From positions 1-47,781 of the forward strand of contig CBDTUH010000001.1 of assembly GCA_965363375.1 (NCBI GenBank): DNA of 47,781 nucleotides. Reading direction: 5' to 3'. Numbering within the stretch: position 1 is the stretch's first letter; every line of letters starts with the position of its first letter. A program made the position numbers and the translations under genes. This document shows, piece by piece, positions 9,615-19,255 of the stretch. The notes under the pieces are model-generated. The model saw only the letters and a program-made list of their open reading frames with translations. It was not told the DNA's origin and did not search any database. The DNA is from an uncultured bacterium. Lineage in GTDB: Bacteria; Bacteroidota; Bacteroidia; Chitinophagales; Chitinophagaceae.

Positions 9615-10448
9615 ATGACTCAACCTGTTGTATCTGTAGGTATCATCACCTATAATCACGAAAAATTCATCCGGCAATGCCTGGAAGGAGTGATGATGCA
9701 AAAAACAAATTTTGCTTTTGATGTAATAGTGGGAGAAGACTGCTCCACTGACAATACCAGAAGCATCATCGAAGAATTTGTAGCAAAATACCCCGGAATT
9801 ATCAAACCTATTTATCAGGAAAAAAATGTAGGCGGCGCCAGGAATGCTTATGAATTTTGCTACCCACAGCTTACCGGAAAATACATTGCCATTTGCGAGG
9901 GCGACGACTACTGGACAGATCCTTATAAACTGCAAAAGCAATTTGATTTTTTGGAAAGCAATCCAGATTGCGTGATGTGTTTTCACCGCATCAACCGGGT
10001 GAATGAAAATGGTGAAATCTTAGCAAAGCGGGAAAGCTCCGACGAAGTAAAATACATGAGTCAGAAAGAGCTTTTTCATATAAGTATTCCTACACTTTCA
10101 ATAATGTTCAGGAATTGTATTAAAGAAATTCCTAAAGAAGTGATTGAAGCACAATGCGGCGATGCCTTTATCAGGGGTATGCTCTCTACTTATGGAAGGG
10201 CCGCCAATCTAGGTTTTGTAGGCGCGCATTACCGCATTCATCCAGGCGGATTTTATTCCTCCAAGCAAACCGTGGAACAGTTTTTATTCTCCTTGCACGC
10301 CAGAAAACAAATGATTCGGTCACCTTATTTTAATAAACTGCAAAAAAAAGAAATAAGAAGTGAATACAGGGAAAGAAAGGTTTCATACCTCTTTCATTTT
10401 TTAAAGAAAAAAGAACCCAAAAATTTCCTCAAAATCTTATTTACTTAA
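9615..10448 (+). CDS. Glycosyltransferase family 2
   Basis: VSVGIITYNHE, GEDCSTD, ICEGDDYW. Confidence 0.9.
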   Translation: MTQPVVSVGIITYNHEKFIRQCLEGVMMQKTNFAFDVIVGEDCSTDNTRSIIEEFVAKYPGIIKPIYQEKNVGGARNAYEFCYPQLTGKYIAICEGDDYWTDPYKLQKQFDFLESNPDCVMCFHRINRVNENGEILAKRESSDEVKYMSQKELFHISIPTLSIMFRNCIKEIPKEVIEAQCGDAFIRGMLSTYGRAANLGFVGAHYRIHPGGFYSSKQTVEQFLFSLHARKQMIRSPYFNKLQKKEIRSEYRERKVSYLFHFLKKKEPKNFLKILFT

Positions 10449-10457
10449 TTCGCTGTG

Positions 10458-11309
10458 ATGATTTCGATTGTAACACCCACTTATAACCGTGCACACCTGT
10501 TGCCCAATATGATCAAAAGTGTGCAGCAGCAAACTTTTGAAGACTGGGAATTGCTGATAGTGGACGATGGATCTACAGATAAAACTGAAGATGTTATACA
10601 ACCTTTTCTGAAAGATGAGCGAATCCGGTTCATCAGAAAAGAAAATAGTGGTGCTACGCATTCACGCAATGTGGGTGCCTGCGAAGCAAAAGGTCAGTTT
10701 CTAACTTTCCTGGATAGTGATGATGAAGCTTATCCTCAATGGTTACACGCTATCAGTAGTTTAATGGATAACGAAACGGCTATTATCTGTTGTGGTGCTG
10801 TAAGAAAATTGAGCAATGGCGAGAAACTAAAAGAAGAGCCCTGGCTTTACCGCTTTTTTGATGAAACCCTTTATGTAAAATTCACCTGCGGATCGCTTAT
10901 AGTTTCACGCTCTTTATTTGAAGAAGTAGGAGGATACGATGTTCATCTAAAATCCAACCAGCATACAGATCTTGGCTACAGGCTTCTAAACCATTTAAGA
11001 GGAAGTAACCTTAAGAAAAAATATACGAATGAATGCCTGATTCAGATCAACATTCATCAGGGCGCACGTATAAGAACCAACTGGAAGCAGGTAAGTGAAG
11101 GAAGCCTGCAGTTTATTGAAAAGCATTATGACTTTTTACTAAAAAATAAAAGTGTAAAACACATATCTGATATTTATTCGGTTATTGCTTTCTCCAACTA
11201 CAAGATGAATCAAAGGCAAAAATCCATACATTATTTGATGAAGTCAATCAGGCATAACCCTTCAAATTTCAGAAATTACCTGAAGCTCATTAAGTATGGA
11301 GTATTATAG
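10458..11309 (+). CDS. Glycosyltransferase family 2
   Basis: ISIVTPTYNRA, VDDGSTD, FLDSDD. Start is GTG 10455 or ATG 10458. Confidence 0.9.
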   Translation: MISIVTPTYNRAHLLPNMIKSVQQQTFEDWELLIVDDGSTDKTEDVIQPFLKDERIRFIRKENSGATHSRNVGACEAKGQFLTFLDSDDEAYPQWLHAISSLMDNETAIICCGAVRKLSNGEKLKEEPWLYRFFDETLYVKFTCGSLIVSRSLFEEVGGYDVHLKSNQHTDLGYRLLNHLRGSNLKKKYTNECLIQINIHQGARIRTNWKQVSEGSLQFIEKHYDFLLKNKSVKHISDIYSVIAFSNYKMNQRQKSIHYLMKSIRHNPSNFRNYLKLIKYGVL

Positions 11310-11343
11310 ATAAATCGTTTATAAATTAAGTTTTGAACAATTG

Positions 11344-12486
11344 ATGGAGCCTTACACCTTTAAAAAAGTCTTATTTGTTATTGATACACTGGAAATAGGC
11401 GGTGCGGAACAAAGCCTGCTGGCGAATACCAACCGTTTCAAAAAAATTCAACCTGTTATATGTCATATCTACAAGGGCGATTCATTAAAAGGACGTTTTC
11501 TTGAAAATGGGATAAAAGTGCATTCGCTGAATATAACTAATAAATATGCCTTTGTTAAAGCTTACAATGCACTGGCAAAAGTTGTAGAAGAAGAAAAGCC
11601 AGACCTCATTGTTGGTTATATTACCATGACAGAAATTATTTCAAGGCTGGTTGGGCGTCAAAAGAAAATTCCCGTGATCGGTACGTTTATTAATGACTTG
11701 TATGCACATGATTACAATAAACACCTGACCTGGAAAGCAAAGAAATTAGTGAGCCTTTTTAAAACGCTCAATAAGCTGACCAGCAAAATATGCGTTGGAT
11801 TTGTTGCCAACTCGCAAGCTATAAAAGAAGCCAATTCCATTCATTTGAACCTGCCTTTAAGTAAAATAAAAGTAATTAACCGTGGGCGTGAGAGCAAAAA
11901 AATCATTAAGAGAAACATGGATGATTCGCCTATTGAAACAAGTGTACGCTTTCTGAATGTAAGCCGACTGTTTCCTGTTAAAGGACATAAAGAATTGATA
12001 TCTGCTTTTTCAGGATTTGTTAAACATTATCCTGATGCTCAGTTACACATTGCCGGTGACGGGCCTGCCAGAACTGATCTTGAAAACCAGATTAAAAGCT
12101 TGAATTTGGAAAACAATGTTTCATTAATGGGCTCTCGCAATGACGTACCAGAAATTATGTGCCATTATGATTGCTTTGTGTTTCCATCGTTCATGGAAGG
12201 ATTTAGCGGTTCCGTAGTGGAAGCAATGTTTGCAGGACTTCCGATTTTAGCTTCAGATATTGGCCCTAATAAAGAAGCAGTGCAACACATGCAAACAGGT
12301 TATCTGTTCAAAACCGGGTCTGTCGAAGAACTAGAACAGGCTATGCACTGGTATATGAAAAACAAAATTGAAGCACTTGAACTGGCAAGAAATGCCTATG
12401 CCTATGCCAAAAAGCATTTTGAGCTGGACGATATCGTTAACGAGTTTGAACAATACCTTGTAGAATCAGCCGAGAATAATAATTGA
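11344..12486 (+). CDS. Glycosyltransferase family 4 (GT-B)
   Basis: IGGAEQS, SRLFPVKG, AGDGP, PSFMEGFSGSVVEAM. Confidence 0.9.
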   Translation: MEPYTFKKVLFVIDTLEIGGAEQSLLANTNRFKKIQPVICHIYKGDSLKGRFLENGIKVHSLNITNKYAFVKAYNALAKVVEEEKPDLIVGYITMTEIISRLVGRQKKIPVIGTFINDLYAHDYNKHLTWKAKKLVSLFKTLNKLTSKICVGFVANSQAIKEANSIHLNLPLSKIKVINRGRESKKIIKRNMDDSPIETSVRFLNVSRLFPVKGHKELISAFSGFVKHYPDAQLHIAGDGPARTDLENQIKSLNLENNVSLMGSRNDVPEIMCHYDCFVFPSFMEGFSGSVVEAMFAGLPILASDIGPNKEAVQHMQTGYLFKTGSVEELEQAMHWYMKNKIEALELARNAYAYAKKHFELDDIVNEFEQYLVESAENNN

Positions 12487-12496
12487 CAGATGAATC

Positions 12497-12517
12497 AAAA
12501 CGTCTCATTTTCTTTTT
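12497..12517 (-). repeat. 21-bp motif copy (reverse, 1 mismatch)
   Basis: aaaacgtct-cattt-tcttttt, 10 nt after the stop at 12486. Confidence 0.8.
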
Positions 12518-12556
12518 GATTTTTCCTTAACCTTATCAAAATACCTTAGCCGAAGC

Positions 12557-13477
12557 ATGCAACCACTTGTTTCTGTCATTATACCTACCTACAACAGGGC
12601 CGATATGTTGTCAAGGGCTATAGAAAGCCTGCAAAAACAAACCCATACCAACTGGGAAGCTTTGATTGTTGATGATGCATCAAAAGACAACACAGCTGAA
12701 GTAGTTGAAAAATGGCAACAGCAGGATAAACGTATTCATTTTTTTCCGTTAAAAAGCAATGGCGGCGCCTGTGTAGCCAGGAATGTTGGAATTGACAACG
12801 CAAAAGGGGAATTCATTACTTTCCTGGACTCTGATGATGAATATCTACCTGAAAAAATAGAACTTCAAGTTAGATGTTTTGAATCATCTGTTGTTGAAAA
12901 TATTGGCGTAGTTAGCTGTGGCCGGCAGGATGCCAGAGACGGCGTTATTTATTTGACCTGGATACCAAAACTGAAAGGCAATATAGTAAAGAACTTATTG
13001 CAGAAAGACCGGATAGGCGCTAACACTTCTTTCCTGATGGTGAAAAAAGAATTGCTCCTGCAGAATAATATTTACTTTGATCCGCAAATGCCGGCAGGGC
13101 AGGACTGGGATTTTTTAGTGCGCGTTTGCCAGCATGCAGGTTTTGATTTTGTTCCCCGTCCGCTGGTGATTATACACCACCATTCGGGTGAAAGAGTTTA
13201 TACAGGTGAAAGATCGCTGGTTGCTTTTGAAAAGCAGTATGAAAAAAACAAAAATCTGCTGCTCCAAAATTCAGAAGTGCATGACAAGTTTCTAATGAAA
13301 ATGGTTTCTCAAAACTACGTTTATGGTCATGGCGAAAAAGCCATACAAATACTGAGAAACCGCATGATGAATAAAAACCTGAAAACCAGGATCTGGGAAA
13401 GCGGTATCCGTGTTTTTCCCAGGTATGGCAGCATGCCCTCTAAAATGATGTACAGGATGCTGAAGCTTATATCCTGA
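12557..13477 (+). CDS. Glycosyltransferase family 2
   Basis: VSVIIPTYNRA, VDDASKD, FLDSDD, QDWD. Confidence 0.9.
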   Translation: MQPLVSVIIPTYNRADMLSRAIESLQKQTHTNWEALIVDDASKDNTAEVVEKWQQQDKRIHFFPLKSNGGACVARNVGIDNAKGEFITFLDSDDEYLPEKIELQVRCFESSVVENIGVVSCGRQDARDGVIYLTWIPKLKGNIVKNLLQKDRIGANTSFLMVKKELLLQNNIYFDPQMPAGQDWDFLVRVCQHAGFDFVPRPLVIIHHHSGERVYTGERSLVAFEKQYEKNKNLLLQNSEVHDKFLMKMVSQNYVYGHGEKAIQILRNRMMNKNLKTRIWESGIRVFPRYGSMPSKMMYRMLKLIS

Positions 13478-13501
13478 TTGCTATCTTAAAGTTTACTGAT
13501 T

Positions 13502-14644
13502 TTGAAAATTTTACACCTGATACAAAAAAGGCAGTTGCGCGGCGCAGAGGTTTTTACTTCGCAGCTTTCTAACCAATTGAATAGCCTGGGACATGAGGCC
13601 ATTATTGTCCCTCTTTTTAATGGTAATGCTGCTTTACCTTTTGAAGGAAAGATTATTGAATTAAAAGCATCGGCAAGCAAAAAATATTGGGATGTGGAGG
13701 CCTGGAAAAGATTGGCCCGCATTATTGATGAAGAAAAACCCGATATCATACAGGCAAATGCCGGAGATACGCTTAAGTATGCCCAGTTCTCAAAAATATT
13801 TTTTGGATGGAAACAACCCATTGTATTTCGCAATGCCAGTACGATTAGTTTATACATAAAAGGCACATTCGTTAAAAGTCTGTATCGCTATTTATTTAAC
13901 CGTACCCATAAAATAATTTCGGTTAGCTACAATTCGGCTAATGATTTTGAAACACTATTTCCAGCCTGTAAAAATAAAATTACGGTCATTCCAATTGGCA
14001 TTGAAATGGATAAAGCCATTGAGCAAAAAACGTCTCCAAATCCTTTTAAAAATATAACTGGTAATGGACCTGTATTGATTCATGTTGGCGGTTTTTCTTT
14101 TGAAAAGAACCACAAAGGTCTGGTAGCCATCTTTAAAAGGATTTTAAGACGTTTTCCTAAAGCTACCTTACACCTGGTAGGAGAAGGACCGTTAAGAAAA
14201 GAAACAGAAGCATTAATTGCAGGGGAAAATTTATCTGGGCAGGTTTTTTTTCACGGTTATCAAAAAGAGCCGCTGCAATGGATACAGTATGCCGATGCCC
14301 TATTATTGCCAAGTATCATTGAAGGTTTGCCTGGTGTAATCCTGGAAGCTTTTTACTGCCGCACTCCCGTAGTGGCTTTCAATACGGGTGGTATAAAAGA
14401 AATTGTCATTTCAAACGAAACCGGATACCTGGTTCCGCTCAACGACAATGAAGCTTTTGCAGAAGCGGTGGAAAACCTTCTTTCAGACAGTCAAAAAACA
14501 AATCAACTGGTTGAAAATGCTTATGAAATGGTAATGAGCCAATACACCAATACTCAGGTTGCAAAAAGGTTTGTTGACATTTATAAAAAGCTTACAACAA
14601 CAACAGAAAACAAGAAAATCAAAGTACCTGTAACACAGTTATAA
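13502..14644 (+). CDS. Glycosyltransferase family 4 (GT-B)
   Basis: TTG start, RGAEVF, VGEGPL, PSIIEGLPGVILEA. Confidence 0.88.
   Translation: MKILHLIQKRQLRGAEVFTSQLSNQLNSLGHEAIIVPLFNGNAALPFEGKIIELKASASKKYWDVEAWKRLARIIDEEKPDIIQANAGDTLKYAQFSKIFFGWKQPIVFRNASTISLYIKGTFVKSLYRYLFNRTHKIISVSYNSANDFETLFPACKNKITVIPIGIEMDKAIEQKTSPNPFKNITGNGPVLIHVGGFSFEKNHKGLVAIFKRILRRFPKATLHLVGEGPLRKETEALIAGENLSGQVFFHGYQKEPLQWIQYADALLLPSIIEGLPGVILEAFYCRTPVVAFNTGGIKEIVISNETGYLVPLNDNEAFAEAVENLLSDSQKTNQLVENAYEMVMSQYTNTQVAKRFVDIYKKLTTTTENKKIKVPVTQL
14027..14155. repeat. Two perfect intragenic 21-bp motif copies in opposite orientation
   Basis: aaaacgtct-ccaaa-tcctttt (14027-14047, KTSPNPF) and aaaagga-tttta-agacgtttt (14135-14155, KRILRRF). 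Confidence 0.8.
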
Positions 14645-15817
14645 ATGAAGACAATAGAAAAAACTTTCCTTAAAAGTGCAAAGGTTGAAGCGGAAGCACC
14701 AAAGCAGGTATTACATATCATTAAATCGCTTGGAAGAGGGGGTGCAGAAACGTTGCTTCCGGAAACATTAGCCAAACACAATAAAGAAAAATTCAGTTTT
14801 CATTATATTTATTTCCTGCCCTGGAAAAACCAGATGGTAAGCCAGATAACAGAAGCTGGCGGACAGGTAACTTGCTTTCAGGCAAACAACAATATACAGA
14901 TCTTCAGAAAGGTCAGCGAAATTGCCGCCTATGTAAAGCAGCATAACATCCAGCTTATTCATTGCCATTTACCCTGGGCCGGAATAGTGGGAAGGCTAGT
15001 AGGAAAAAAAACAGGAGTGCCGGTTGTATATACTGAGCATAACAAATGGGAGCGTTACCATAAATTCACTTATTACCTGAACAAATTGAGTTTTTCTTCG
15101 CAGCAAAAAGTAATTGCTGTATCTGAAGATGTTGCTCAATCTATCAAACTGCATTATAAAAAGCCCTACCCACAGGTTCAGGTAGTATTAAACGGAATTA
15201 ATACTGAAAAGTTTAGTAAAAACTGGAGTAACAATCAGGATGTCAGAAAAGAACTGAACATTCCTGGAAATGCTATTGTCATTGGTTTAGCGTGTGTGTT
15301 CAGGGTTCAAAAAAGGTTATTGACCTGGCTGGAAGTTGCCCGTCAGCTTCATCAGCAGTTCAAAGGGCTGCATTTTATAATTGCAGGTGATGGTCCTTTA
15401 AAAGAAGAAGTACACGCTAAAGCAGCTTCGATGGATATGGCTGGTCATATTCATTTTGTAGGATTGCAAAGTGAGATAAGGCCGTACCTGAAAGCAATGG
15501 ATATATTTATGATGAGTTCTGAATTTGAAGGTTTGCCCATTGCTTTATTAGAAGCCATGAGTATGGAATGTATGCCGGCATGCACGGCCGCCGGAGGTAT
15601 ACCGGAGCTGGTTAAGAATCAGCAAAATGGAGTGCTTGTACCGGTAGAAGAGCCTTTTCAATTGGTAGAAGCTTTACAAGCTTTCCTGTCCCAGCCAGAT
15701 AGAATAAATGAAATGGGTGTAGCAGCACGCAAAACGGTAGAAGAAGCATTTAGCATGCAACAAATGGTTGAGGATATCGAAACAATCTACTCAAATCTTA
15801 TAAATAGCAAACATTGA
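14645..15817 (+). CDS. Glycosyltransferase family 4 (GT-B)
   Basis: GRGGAET, YTEHN, AGDGP, SSEFEGLPIALLEAM. Confidence 0.9.
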   Translation: MKTIEKTFLKSAKVEAEAPKQVLHIIKSLGRGGAETLLPETLAKHNKEKFSFHYIYFLPWKNQMVSQITEAGGQVTCFQANNNIQIFRKVSEIAAYVKQHNIQLIHCHLPWAGIVGRLVGKKTGVPVVYTEHNKWERYHKFTYYLNKLSFSSQQKVIAVSEDVAQSIKLHYKKPYPQVQVVLNGINTEKFSKNWSNNQDVRKELNIPGNAIVIGLACVFRVQKRLLTWLEVARQLHQQFKGLHFIIAGDGPLKEEVHAKAASMDMAGHIHFVGLQSEIRPYLKAMDIFMMSSEFEGLPIALLEAMSMECMPACTAAGGIPELVKNQQNGVLVPVEEPFQLVEALQAFLSQPDRINEMGVAARKTVEEAFSMQQMVEDIETIYSNLINSKH

Positions 15818-17019
15818 TCGGCGGTCTTCTATTAATGGGTATTCTGTTTTTTTTATCAGAATCCTTCTTAAAAAAATTAAAAAGGGGCAAACCCTGGTTT
15901 AGCATTCAATTGATGAAAAACCTTTATTGGTTTCATATGTTGTTTGCCATAATTTATTATATCTATACCTTAGATGGTCGCTCCGACGCTTATGGTTATT
16001 ACGAAAGGCCGCAATATAAATATGATCTATGGTTTGGTGCTTATGAGGCCGGCACTTCTTTTATTGACTTTGTAGGATACCCCTTCATCAACTATCTGTT
16101 CTTCAGCTTCGAAATGATGATGGTGCTTTTTGCCTGGCTGGGGTATTTGGGATTTGTTTATTTCTATGTTGTATTTAAGGAAAATATCAAGTTTAAGCAT
16201 AAATTTTATGGCTATGATCTCATAACGTTATTCATCTTTTTGCCCAATATGCATTTTTGGACCGGATCGTATGGAAAGGGTTCCATTATTTTTTGGGGAT
16301 TGGGCATGGCCATTTATGGCCTCAGCCAGTTAAAATATCGAAAAGTAGCTTTACTGTTTGGCCTTTTGATAATTTATCACGTAAGGCCACACGTTTTTCT
16401 TTTTATGGCTGTAGCAATTATGGTTGGCTTATTTACAGGCAAACAAAAAGTTCCGGCGTATCAAAAAATATTGGTTTTTACTGGTAGTGCTGTTGCACTG
16501 ATTTTAATGTTCGATCAGATTGTTGCCTTTGCTGGATTGGACAGCGAAAACCTGGTGGAAAGCTTTGACCAGTTTTCCAGTCACCGATCAACCGAATTGG
16601 CAAAAGCGGGGTCCGGTATCGATACTTCTAATTATCCCATGATATTAAAGCTGTTCACTTTCTGGTACCGGCCTTTATTTGTTGATTCACCCGGACCGGT
16701 TGGTTTGATTGTATCAGTGGAGAATGTATTTTACCTGATGCTTACCGCCAAACTTTTCAAAGGTGGTTTCTTTAAGTTTGTAAAAGGAGCCTCTGCACTT
16801 GTAAAAACAAACCTGGTGGTATTTTTGGCTACATCCATTGCACTTTCCACTACCTTGTCCAATATGGGAATTATAGTTAGGCAAAAAAGCATGGTTATGT
16901 ATTTTTTGCTCTTTGTTATTATCGCCTTTATGGATTTTAATAAAGAAAAGTTGTTTGCCAAACGCATGGCAGCATTGGAACGAAAGAAGAAAGAAGATTT
17001 GGAAGGCGCATTAAATTAA
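15814..17019 (+). CDS. Polytopic membrane protein, putative Wzy-like polymerase
   Basis: About 10 hydrophobic segments, a periplasmic loop and NMGIIVRQK near the C-terminus. Sits among the GTs. Function inferred from context only. Confidence 0.6.
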   Translation: MIGGLLLMGILFFLSESFLKKLKRGKPWFSIQLMKNLYWFHMLFAIIYYIYTLDGRSDAYGYYERPQYKYDLWFGAYEAGTSFIDFVGYPFINYLFFSFEMMMVLFAWLGYLGFVYFYVVFKENIKFKHKFYGYDLITLFIFLPNMHFWTGSYGKGSIIFWGLGMAIYGLSQLKYRKVALLFGLLIIYHVRPHVFLFMAVAIMVGLFTGKQKVPAYQKILVFTGSAVALILMFDQIVAFAGLDSENLVESFDQFSSHRSTELAKAGSGIDTSNYPMILKLFTFWYRPLFVDSPGPVGLIVSVENVFYLMLTAKLFKGGFFKFVKGASALVKTNLVVFLATSIALSTTLSNMGIIVRQKSMVMYFLLFVIIAFMDFNKEKLFAKRMAALERKKKEDLEGALN

Positions 17020-17026
17020 AAGATAA

Positions 17027-18004
17027 ATGAGTGGTGTATTTACCGTATCCCTTGATTTTGAGCTGCACTGGGGTGTATTTGATAAGCGCGACCGAGATGC
17101 GCGGCAAACTTGCTATAAAAATACCCTTGCCATAATACCCAAAATGCTGCAATTGTTTGCCGAGCATGAAGTACATGTAACCTGGGCATCTGTTGGAAGT
17201 TTATTTGCCAAAAACCAACAGGAATGGGAGCAACTTAAACCCCTGAATCAACCTCATTATATCAATGAGTCTTTATCAGCTTACCAGTATGCGGCTAAAA
17301 ACGGTTTAGCCCAACACCACCATTGGGCTCATTTTGCCCCGGATAGTGTTGCTGCCATTTTGCAATATCCCGGACAGGAGTTGGGTACGCATACCTTTTC
17401 GCATTACTATTGCCTCGAACAATTGAAGGGGGGAGATGCTTTTGATGAAGACTTAAAAGCGGCTAACAAAGCTGCAGCACTTTTTGGAAGCAAACCCGTT
17501 TCTTTGGTTTTCCCGAGGAACCAGTTTAACCCCAAAAATTTACATACCTGTTTTACAAATGGTATTCAAGTGGTGCGCTCCAACCCAAAAACCTGGTTTT
17601 GGAGTCCAATTCCTGATGAAAATACAGGTATGATGAGAAAGATATTCAGAACGGGGGATGCTTATGTTCCTATGAGTACCATCCGTACATCTTACCCTTT
17701 AAGTTCTCTGCAGAAGGAAAAAGATTTACCAATTCAATTACCAGCAAGCAGGTTGTTGCGTTCCTGGTCGCCTAAGTACCCATTGTCAAACAAGCTGGCA
17801 CTTAAACGGGTATTAAATGAAATGCTAACAGCGGCCCAAAAAAAGGAATGCTACCATTTGTGGTGGCACCCCGAGAACTTTGGCGACTACCCGACGGAAA
17901 ACCTGCAAAACCTGGAAGCGATTTTAAAGTATTATAAACAACTCAAAAACAAGTTGGGTATGCAAAGCTGGAACATGGGCGAATACCTGCAACACGTCAA
18001 CTAA
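17027..18004 (+). CDS. Polysaccharide deacetylase (NodB-like fold)
   Basis: SLDFELHWG, ELGTHTFSHYY, FPRNQ, YHLWWHP. Confidence 0.82.
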   Translation: MSGVFTVSLDFELHWGVFDKRDRDARQTCYKNTLAIIPKMLQLFAEHEVHVTWASVGSLFAKNQQEWEQLKPLNQPHYINESLSAYQYAAKNGLAQHHHWAHFAPDSVAAILQYPGQELGTHTFSHYYCLEQLKGGDAFDEDLKAANKAAALFGSKPVSLVFPRNQFNPKNLHTCFTNGIQVVRSNPKTWFWSPIPDENTGMMRKIFRTGDAYVPMSTIRTSYPLSSLQKEKDLPIQLPASRLLRSWSPKYPLSNKLALKRVLNEMLTAAQKKECYHLWWHPENFGDYPTENLQNLEAILKYYKQLKNKLGMQSWNMGEYLQHVN

Positions 18005-18010
18005 ACTTAT

Positions 18011-18031
18011 AAAAGGGAAAAGAGACGTTTT
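18011..18031 (+). repeat. 21-bp motif copy (perfect) between convergent genes
   Basis: aaaaggg-aaaag-agacgtttt. Overlaps the stop codon of the minus-strand GNAT gene. Confidence 0.9.
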
Positions 18032-19028
18032 AAAAAAGTTCCATATCGCCTATTGAGTAGGCCCAGTTCTGAACATGCATCAGCTCCGGAAAACGCTCAT
18101 TCATATTCACATCTTTTAAGGTAACAACAGGACCTAAATTCTTGACAGGCAAAATACCCATCCAGTTAAAATACTTTTTATAAATATGGTATTGACGTCC
18201 AGAAAATGAAATAAGGTTAATGCTATTTGCACGACAAAATTGATGAACCTGTTTCTTCATGGTTTTATTAACCGCCGCCGGGTCAGCTTTTGAATTGAGC
18301 AGTATAAATTCAACCAAACGCAGCTCTTTGGTAAATGAATGATTTTTCACCCGGCTAATTAATAAGAAGTTTTCATTGTCTGTAAAATAATTGTAGCGGA
18401 ACAATGGGTTCACCGCATAGCGCCAGTTAATGTATTGGGGAGATAGCTTGGTGAAGAAAAAATCGTTCTCACCGCTAAAATTAGTAGCCAAATTGCTGAC
18501 TTCGGAAGGCCATGTTTGGGCAGGGGTGGGATCAATTCCTTCTGCTGCAAACTTATTTTTATTCAAATATTTTGAATAAACAAGCGACAGTGGATTTCTG
18601 AATGCAAATTTTAATGGCATTTTCCCTTGCTCCACCCATCCCATTTTTAAATAACCGGGCTTGCTTTTATCATTTGGAGTGTTAAATACAAAATGAACAC
18701 CCTCTTCTTTGCAGGCCTGCAATTGTTGCAGCGTTAGCTTTTTAAATATGCCTTTGCCCTGGTGCTGGGGGTGGGTAGCGGTATCAACAGCGCGGATGGC
18801 TCTGTAAGTAGCACCTTTCCATTGCCACTGCCATTGCATAAAGGCACGCAATCCAATCAGGGTTTGGTCTTCTTCAGCCAATAATACAAAAGAGCTACCA
18901 AAAGGGTTTTGCTCATGTTTCCAATTCCAAAGCGATTCCGATTTGGGTATCAGGCTTTCGCCCAATGATTGTTTCATTAATTGTATGATGGCTGGTTTGT
19001 CTTCAGTTGTAGCGGGTCTGATAATCAT
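18030..19028 (-). CDS. GNAT family acyltransferase (N-terminal GNAT domain plus C-terminal extension)
   Basis: IRPATTED, WKHEQNPFG, VDTATHPQHQGKGIF (acyl-CoA binding motif A), FNTPN, GYLKMGW. Confidence 0.85.
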   Translation of the reverse strand: MIIRPATTEDKPAIIQLMKQSLGESLIPKSESLWNWKHEQNPFGSSFVLLAEEDQTLIGLRAFMQWQWQWKGATYRAIRAVDTATHPQHQGKGIFKKLTLQQLQACKEEGVHFVFNTPNDKSKPGYLKMGWVEQGKMPLKFAFRNPLSLVYSKYLNKNKFAAEGIDPTPAQTWPSEVSNLATNFSGENDFFFTKLSPQYINWRYAVNPLFRYNYFTDNENFLLISRVKNHSFTKELRLVEFILLNSKADPAAVNKTMKKQVHQFCRANSINLISFSGRQYHIYKKYFNWMGILPVKNLGPVVTLKDVNMNERFPELMHVQNWAYSIGDMELF

Positions 19029-19072
19029 TTTTTAATAATTCTGGGAGGTACAGGAAAAGTAGTGATGCATGC

Positions 19073-19177
19073 AAAAGGGAAAACAGACGTTTTGCAAATT
19101 GCTTGCCATAACAAGAATAATAAAAAAAGGTGAGAACCAACAAACCTTTCTTTTTAATAACGTCTCAAAAACCTTTT
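19073..19177. repeat. Inward-facing pair of 21-bp motif copies in a divergent intergenic region
   Basis: aaaaggg-aaaac-agacgtttt (19073-19093, perfect) and ataacgtct-caaaa-acctttt (19157-19177, 2 mismatches). Confidence 0.75.
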
Positions 19178-19255
19178 ATTTGCAATCCCATCCTGTGTCA
19201 GCCACTTCACCCATTCGTTTATAAACTCAACTTATTCAAAAACGGATTTAACCTT

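Noticed and set aside
19073-19177. Bacteroides-type invertible promoter (AGACGTT resembles the ARACGTWCGT core of Mpi inverted repeats)
   Set aside because: The two copies are not true inverted repeats because their cores differ. No clean TAnnTTTG lies between them, no invertase is in the window, and the motif is too widespread. Not strictly excluded without read data.
19130-19255. 42-aa N-terminal extension of the epimerase
   Set aside because: The Rossmann motif begins at ATG 19256. The extension runs through intergenic-like DNA that includes a motif copy.
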